Assembly (NCBI GenBank): GCA_029881255.1
Contig: JAOUMY010000010.1
Span: forward strand, 7,319-71,318
Direction of reading: 5' to 3'
DNA from: Gammaproteobacteria bacterium
GTDB lineage: Bacteria > Pseudomonadota > Gammaproteobacteria > S012-40
DNA length: 64,000 nt
The translations under genes were made by a program, and so were the position numbers. Positions 62,617 through 64,000 of the stretch are shown in pieces; position 1 is the first letter of the stretch, and each line of letters starts with the position of its first letter. Below the pieces are notes generated by a model that saw only the letters and a program-made list of their open reading frames with translations, was not told the origin of the DNA and searched no databases.

Positions 62617-63063
62617 CGTAGTCCACTCTTATTTTAATTTTGCCGCAGTTTCCATGCTCTGCAGTATTGTAAATACCTGTTGGGAGCCGCTTGTGTTCCG
62701 TCTGTCTCCACTACCAGTATCAGATTGTGTCTAATAGATCGGGCTTGCTCCGTTGTTACTTTAGTAAGTTCATCGGGCACAATTTGGCCCCATCAAAACA
62801 ATATCCCCAGGCGCTAATTGGATGATGTAGGTTTCGCATTTTCAATCAAAGCCAAGTACTGATCGCCGACATTACTTTGTCGAGATGTCTGATATCTATC
62901 CAAGCGTCGTCAAGTTTGTAGCGACGACAACAGGCCGGGACTTAAGTGCTGCGCTGATAAAGTCTGCAGAAAATTAAATGCAAGTAGGAGGGTGGGTTGA
63001 TACTAAAGAGTTTGGTCATTGAAACCGGTTCTAACAATTCCAGCCTTGGAGGCCTCTTTGGCG

Positions 63064-64000
63064 CTATGGCGGAGTCGGCAGTGTGGGATCTGGATGACAT
63101 TCCACGCAACGTGCTTCAGTCTCATTGTGATCGAAGAAATACACCGGCTTGAATGAGATGATGTTGTGGCAGTATTCGCAGCGATTAGACACTGGTTTAT
63201 GTGTCGGTCCCTTCCCTTTTGTGATGTTGCCGTTATGGCAGTAGTAACATTCGTTGAAGAAATCGAGATGATTATTCTGGGTGTTCGGTATCCAGGTCGT
63301 GGTGGTGTGGCAGTTTTCACAACGGTCTCCGAACACGTCGTGGAAATCATGGAAGGCGTTTAGTTTTACATCATGGCAGGATGAGCAAGGTTTAGGTGCA
63401 GATATATGCGCGTTATTGAAAATGGTTCCCCAGGCGGTAATGTCATGACACAGTCCGCAGTCTGCGAAAGTTTGTGGGTGTGTGGGGGGCATGCCGGTAT
63501 TGTGGCAATTTAGGCAACTACCTAGTGCCTTGGAGTGCTCCATCTTCTGTCGAGTCTGCCAGCTAGTAATTGAGTGACAGGCATTGCAACGCGTCGAGGT
63601 AGAAGGGTGTTTGTTGCCCAGTTTCTCATACTTGGTTAAATGACATTCTACGCAGCGAGAGTTTACATCGCTATGCATGCTTGAAGGTTGCGGTACCGGG
63701 CCTAGGCTTCCTTGTGTAACTTTGTCGAACAAACTATTCCCGGGAATCAGTGCGCCGGTCTTCCACGAGGATATTTTATGGCATCTGCCACAATCCCATG
63801 CGAGTTCTCTAACGATGTCTGGGTGATTGAGCGGGCCGGTGGCAATTTCGCCATCATGGCAATCTGCACAATGCAAACCCAGGCGTTTATCAGTAACTGT
63901 GACAGTGTCTCTCGAGCTGAGACCAGCGGAATTCGTTGCTGTCAATTGAAACACATAACTACCTCTGACATCGGCAGTAAAACGAGGTGTGGCTGAGTTT
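63064..64000 (-). CDS. Multiheme cytochrome c (at least 11 CxxCH), C-terminal part; gene continues beyond window end
   Basis: Minus-strand frame is open from 64000 down to stop at 63064. 11 CxxCH motifs (CADCH, CGRCH, CVECH, CNACH, CLNCH, CGLCH, CSSCH, CENCH, CYYCH, CEYCH, CVECH) preceded by a Thr/Ser-rich beta-like segment (…VFQLTATNSAGLSSRDTVTVTDK…); Pro-rich C-terminus PDPTLPTPP. The track's Met is a GTG inside the frame. Confidence 0.8.
   Translation of the reverse strand, partial: NSATPRFTADVRGSYVFQLTATNSAGLSSRDTVTVTDKRLGLHCADCHDGEIATGPLNHPDIVRELAWDCGRCHKISSWKTGALIPGNSLFDKVTQGSLGPVPQPSSMHSDVNSRCVECHLTKYEKLGNKHPSTSTRCNACHSITSWQTRQKMEHSKALGSCLNCHNTGMPPTHPQTFADCGLCHDITAWGTIFNNAHISAPKPCSSCHDVKLNAFHDFHDVFGDRCENCHTTTTWIPNTQNNHLDFFNECYYCHNGNITKGKGPTHKPVSNRCEYCHNIISFKPVYFFDHNETEARCVECHPDPTLPTPP

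Noticed and set aside
62617-63063. Possible gene or regulatory RNA in the 450-bp gap between the LuxR terminator and the end of the cytochrome gene; weak GTCGTC…GACGAC inverted repeat
   Set aside because: No ORF of at least 40 aa with an RBS, and the 6-bp inverted repeat is too short to call a terminator or operator. Left unannotated.

Overview
This is a proteobacterial chromosomal window. The host is probably a gammaproteobacterium: RpoA, TufA, SSB, IspG and the ribosomal proteins align closely with E. coli/Pseudomonas, and uvrA-MFS-ssb is arranged as in Pseudomonas. I found no rRNA, tRNA, CRISPR, transposase or integrase.

Positions 1-22.8 kb hold the conserved ribosomal superoperon: the rpoB end, rpoC, rpsL-rpsG-fusA-tuf (str), rpsJ to rpsQ (S10), rplN to rpmJ including secY (spc), and rpsM-rpsK-rpsD-rpoA-rplQ (alpha). 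Terminators and sigma70-like promoters are recognisable around it.

The rest is accessory-like:
- 22.9-25.9 kb: a DUF62 SAM-hydroxide adenosyltransferase, an ABC1/UbiB-family kinase and a co-operonic hypothetical protein.
- 26.3-29.6 kb: a 1096-aa Asn/Gln/Gly-rich lipoprotein made of tandem Cys-containing ~88-aa repeats.
- 29.7-34.7 kb: uvrA, an MFS transporter with a C-terminal soluble tail, and ssb.
- 34.7-41.8 kb: an island of eukaryote-like domains, namely a cereblon-like CULT/Yippee zinc-binding protein, a secreted ankyrin-repeat protein and a 935-aa bipartite Sel1-repeat protein, plus a lipoprotein and a beta-propeller-like protein.
- 42.0-45.6 kb: an ECF sigma factor, a ZAS anti-sigma factor, an Ala/Glu/Lys-rich periplasmic repeat protein and a TPR plus beta-barrel outer-membrane protein.
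- 45.6-58.7 kb: the most striking region, a porin-multiheme-cytochrome locus of the type used for extracellular electron transfer. It contains a membrane-anchored ferredoxin-flavoprotein oxidoreductase, a His-rich 5-TM membrane protein, a 21-heme cytochrome built from seven c7-like triheme modules, a 759-aa outer-membrane beta-barrel whose start overlaps the cytochrome stop, a small membrane protein paralogous to the barrel's N-terminal domain, a 47-heme cytochrome built from ~27-aa repeats, a lipoprotein, a possible 42-aa secreted peptide and a 381-aa beta-barrel.
- 58.7-62.6 kb: an acyl-CoA-synthetase-like gene, ispG and a LuxR-type regulator.
- 63.1 kb to the window end: a second, partial multiheme cytochrome with at least 11 hemes.
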